64,000 nt of DNA from Nemertoderma westbladi (Eukaryota; Animalia; Xenacoelomorpha). Location: the NCBI GenBank assembly GCA_032718475.1, contig JAUCBJ010001598.1, positions 1 through 64,000 on the forward strand, written 5' to 3'. Positions 61,101 to 64,000 of the stretch are shown in pieces; the first letter of the stretch is position 1; every line of letters begins with the position of its first letter. The notes beneath the pieces were generated by a model, which had not been told where the DNA came from, searched no databases, and worked only from the letters and a program-made list of their open reading frames with translations. Made by a program: the position numbers and the translations under genes.

Positions 61101-64000
61101 TTTCCCAGGCACCCCGTTGAGTCTGTCTGTACTATTCTACGCTATCATTTGTTTCCCAGGCACCCCGTTGAGTCTGTACTATTCTACGCTATCACTTGTT
61201 TCCCAGGCACCCCGTTGAGTCTGTACTATTCTACGCTATCATTTGTTTCCCAGGCACCCCGTTGAGTCTGTACTATTCTACGCTATCATTTGTTTCCCAG
61301 GCACCCCGTTGAGTCTGTACTATTCTACGCTATCATTTGTTTCCCAGGCACCCCGTTGAGTCTGTACTATTCTACGTTAGCATTTGTTTCCCAGGCACCC
61401 CGTTGAGTCTGTACTATTCTACGCTATCATTTGTTTCCCAGGCACCCCGTTGAGTCTGTACTATTCTACGCTATCATTTGTTTCCCAGGCACCCCGTTGA
61501 GTCTGTACTATTCTACGTTAGCATTTGTTTCCCAGGCACCCCGTTGAGTCTGTACTATTCTACGCTATCATTTGTTTCCCAGGCACCCCGTTGAGTCTGT
61601 ACTATTCTACGCTATCATTTGTTTCCCAGGCACCCCGTTGAGTCTGTACTATTCTACGTTAGCATTTGTTTCCCAGGCACCCCGTTGAGTCTGTACTATT
61701 CTACGCTATCATTTGTTTCCCAGGCACCCCGTTGAGTCTGTACTATTCTACGCTATCATTTGTTTCCCAGGTACCCCGTTGAGTCTGTACTATTCTACGC
61801 TATCATTTGTTTCCCAGACACCCCGTTGAGTCTGTACTATTCTACGCTATCATTTGTTTCCCAGGCACCCCGTTGAGTCTGTACTATTCTACGCTATCAT
61901 TTGTTTCCCAGGCACCCCGTTGAGTCTACAATTCTACGCTATCATTTGTTTCCCAGGCACCCCGTTGAGTCTGCCTGTACTATTCTACGCTATCATTTGT
62001 TTCCCAGGCACCCTGTTGAGTCTGTACTATTCTACGCTATCATTTGTTTCCCAGGCACCCCGTTGAGTCTGTCTGTACTATTCTACGCTATCATTTGTTT
62101 CCCAGGCACCCCGTTGAGTCTGTACTATTCTACGCTATCATTTGTTTCCCAGGCACCCCGTTGAGTCTACAATTCTACGCTATCATTTGTTTCCCAGGCA
62201 CCCCGTTGAGTCTGTACTATTCTACATTATCATTTGTTTCCCAGGCACCCCGTTGAGTCTACTATTCTACATTATCATTTGTTTCCCAGGCACCCCGTTG
62301 AGTCTGTACTATTCTACGCTATCATTTGTTTCCCAGGCACCCCGTTGAGTCTGTACTATTCTACGCTATCCTTTGTTTCCCAGACACCCCGTTGAGTCTG
62401 TACTATTCTACGCTATCATTTGTTTCCCATGCACCCCGTTGAGTCTACAATTATACGCTATCATTTGTTTCCCAGGCACCCTGTTGAGTCTGTCTGTACT
62501 ATTCTACGCTATCATTTGTTTCCCAGACACCCCGTTGAGTCTGTACTATTCTACGCTATCCTTTGTTTCCCAGACACCCCGTTGAGTCTGTACTATTCTA
62601 CGCTATCATTTGTTTCCCATGCACCCCGTTGAGTCTACTATTCTACGCTATCATTTGTTTCCCAGGCACTCCGTTGAGTCTGTACTATTCTACGCTGTCA
62701 TTTGTTTCCCAGGCACGCCGTTGAGTCTGTACTATTCTACGCTATCATTTGTTTCCCAGGCACCCCGTTGAGTCTGTACTATTCTACGCTATCATTTGTT
62801 TCCCAGGCACCCTGTTGAGTCTGTCTGTACTATTCTACGCTACCATTTGTTTCCCAGGCACCCCGTTGAGTCTACAATTCTACGCTATCATTTGTTTCCC
62901 AGGCACCCCGTTGAGTCTGTACTATTCTACATTATCATTTGTTTCCCAGGCACCCCGTTGAGTCTACTATTCTACATTATCATTTGTTTCCCAGGCACTC
63001 CGTTGAGTCTGTCTGTACTATTCTACGCTATCATTTGTTTCCCAGGCACCCTGTTGAGTCTGTCTGTACTATTCTACGCTACCATTTGTTTCCCAGGCAC
63101 CCCGTTGAGTCTACAATTCTACGCTATCATTTGTTTCCCAGGCACCCCGTTGAGTCTGTACTATTCTACATTATCATTTGTTTCCCAGGCACCCCGTTGA
63201 GTCTACTATTCTACGCTAGCATTTGTTTCCCAGACACCCCGTTGAGTCTGTACTATTCTACGCTATCCTTTGTTTCCCAGACACCCCGTTGAGTCTGTAC
63301 TATTCTACGCTATCATTTGTTTCCCATGCACCCCGTTGAGTCTACTATTCTACGCTATCATTTGTTTCCCAGGCACTCCGTTGAGTCTGTACTATTCTAC
63401 GCTGTCATTTGTTTCCCAGGCACGCCGTTGAGTCTGTACTATTCTACGCTATCATTTGTTTCCCAGGCACCCTGTTGAGTCTGTCTGTACTATTCTACGC
63501 TACCATTTGTTTCCCAGGTACCCCGTTGAGTCTGTACTATTCTACGCTATCATTTGTTTCCCAGGCACTCCGTTGCGTCTACTATTCTACGCTATCATTT
63601 GTTTCCCAGGCACCCTGTTGAGTCTGTACTATTCTACGCTATCATTTGTTTCCCAGACACCCCGTTGAGTCTGTACTATTCTACGCTATCATTTGTTTCC
63701 CAGGCACTCCGTTGAGTCTACTATTCTACGCTATCATTTGTTTCCCAGGCACCCCGTTGAGTCTACTATTCTACGCTATAATTTGTTTCCCAGGCACCCC
63801 GTTGAGTCTACTATTCTACGCTATCATTTGTTTCCCAGGCACCCCGTTGAGTCTGTACTATTCTACGCTAGCATTTGTTTCCCAGGCACCCCGTTGAGTC
63901 TACTATTCTACGCTATCATTTGTTTCCCAGGCACTCCGTTGAGTCTGTACTATTCTACGCTATCATTTGTTTCCCAGGCACCCCGTTGAGTCTGTACTAT
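49164..64000 (+). repeat. 47-bp satellite (about 315 units in the window, continues past the end): 3' splice site plus first 34 nt of the next beta-catenin exon
   Basis: Unit atttgtttcccag|G CAC CCC GTT GAG TCT GTA CTA TTC TAC GCT ATC encodes (G)HPVESVLFYAI, continuing [11 protein letters not shown] as in beta-catenin GSPVDSVLFYAITTLHNL. 45- and 51-bp variants occur. Higher-order periods are 182 bp and about 6.28 kb. Confidence 0.96.

Noticed and set aside
49164-64000. CRISPR-like repeat array, or a repetitive protein gene (many MFPRHPVES... ORFs)
   Set aside because: There are no unique spacers and no cas genes, and the context is eukaryotic. The ORFs are frame-cycling readouts of a 47-bp monomer with non-ATG starts and regular stops.

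Overview
Invertebrate metazoan genomic DNA with AT-rich introns and GC-rich exons. Genes: a complete 3-exon TTC7 gene (498-12374, +), a 2-exon secreted IL-17-like cystine-knot gene (17501-18725, +), two exon remnants of DRC3/LRRC48 (- strand, about 20016-38695) and the 5' part of beta-catenin (+, about 44099 to beyond the window end). Mobile DNA: a decayed Sola-like transposon, two RTE LINE fragments, L2/CR1 fragments, a Ginger-like element and a tRNA-carrying Harbinger-like MITE. About half the window is tandem repeat. The main observation is that these arrays are amplified exon-intron junctions of the host genes. The 47-bp array (>14.8 kb) is the 3' splice site plus the first 34 nt of a beta-catenin exon. 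The 50-bp array is the end of a beta-catenin exon plus its GT donor. The 56-bp array (about 16.6 kb span) is the last 17 codons of a DRC3 exon plus a phase-0 donor. An eroded 3-copy version sits at the TTC7 exon-2 acceptor. Homology calls come from recognising motifs by eye, not from database searches, and copy numbers are length-based estimates.
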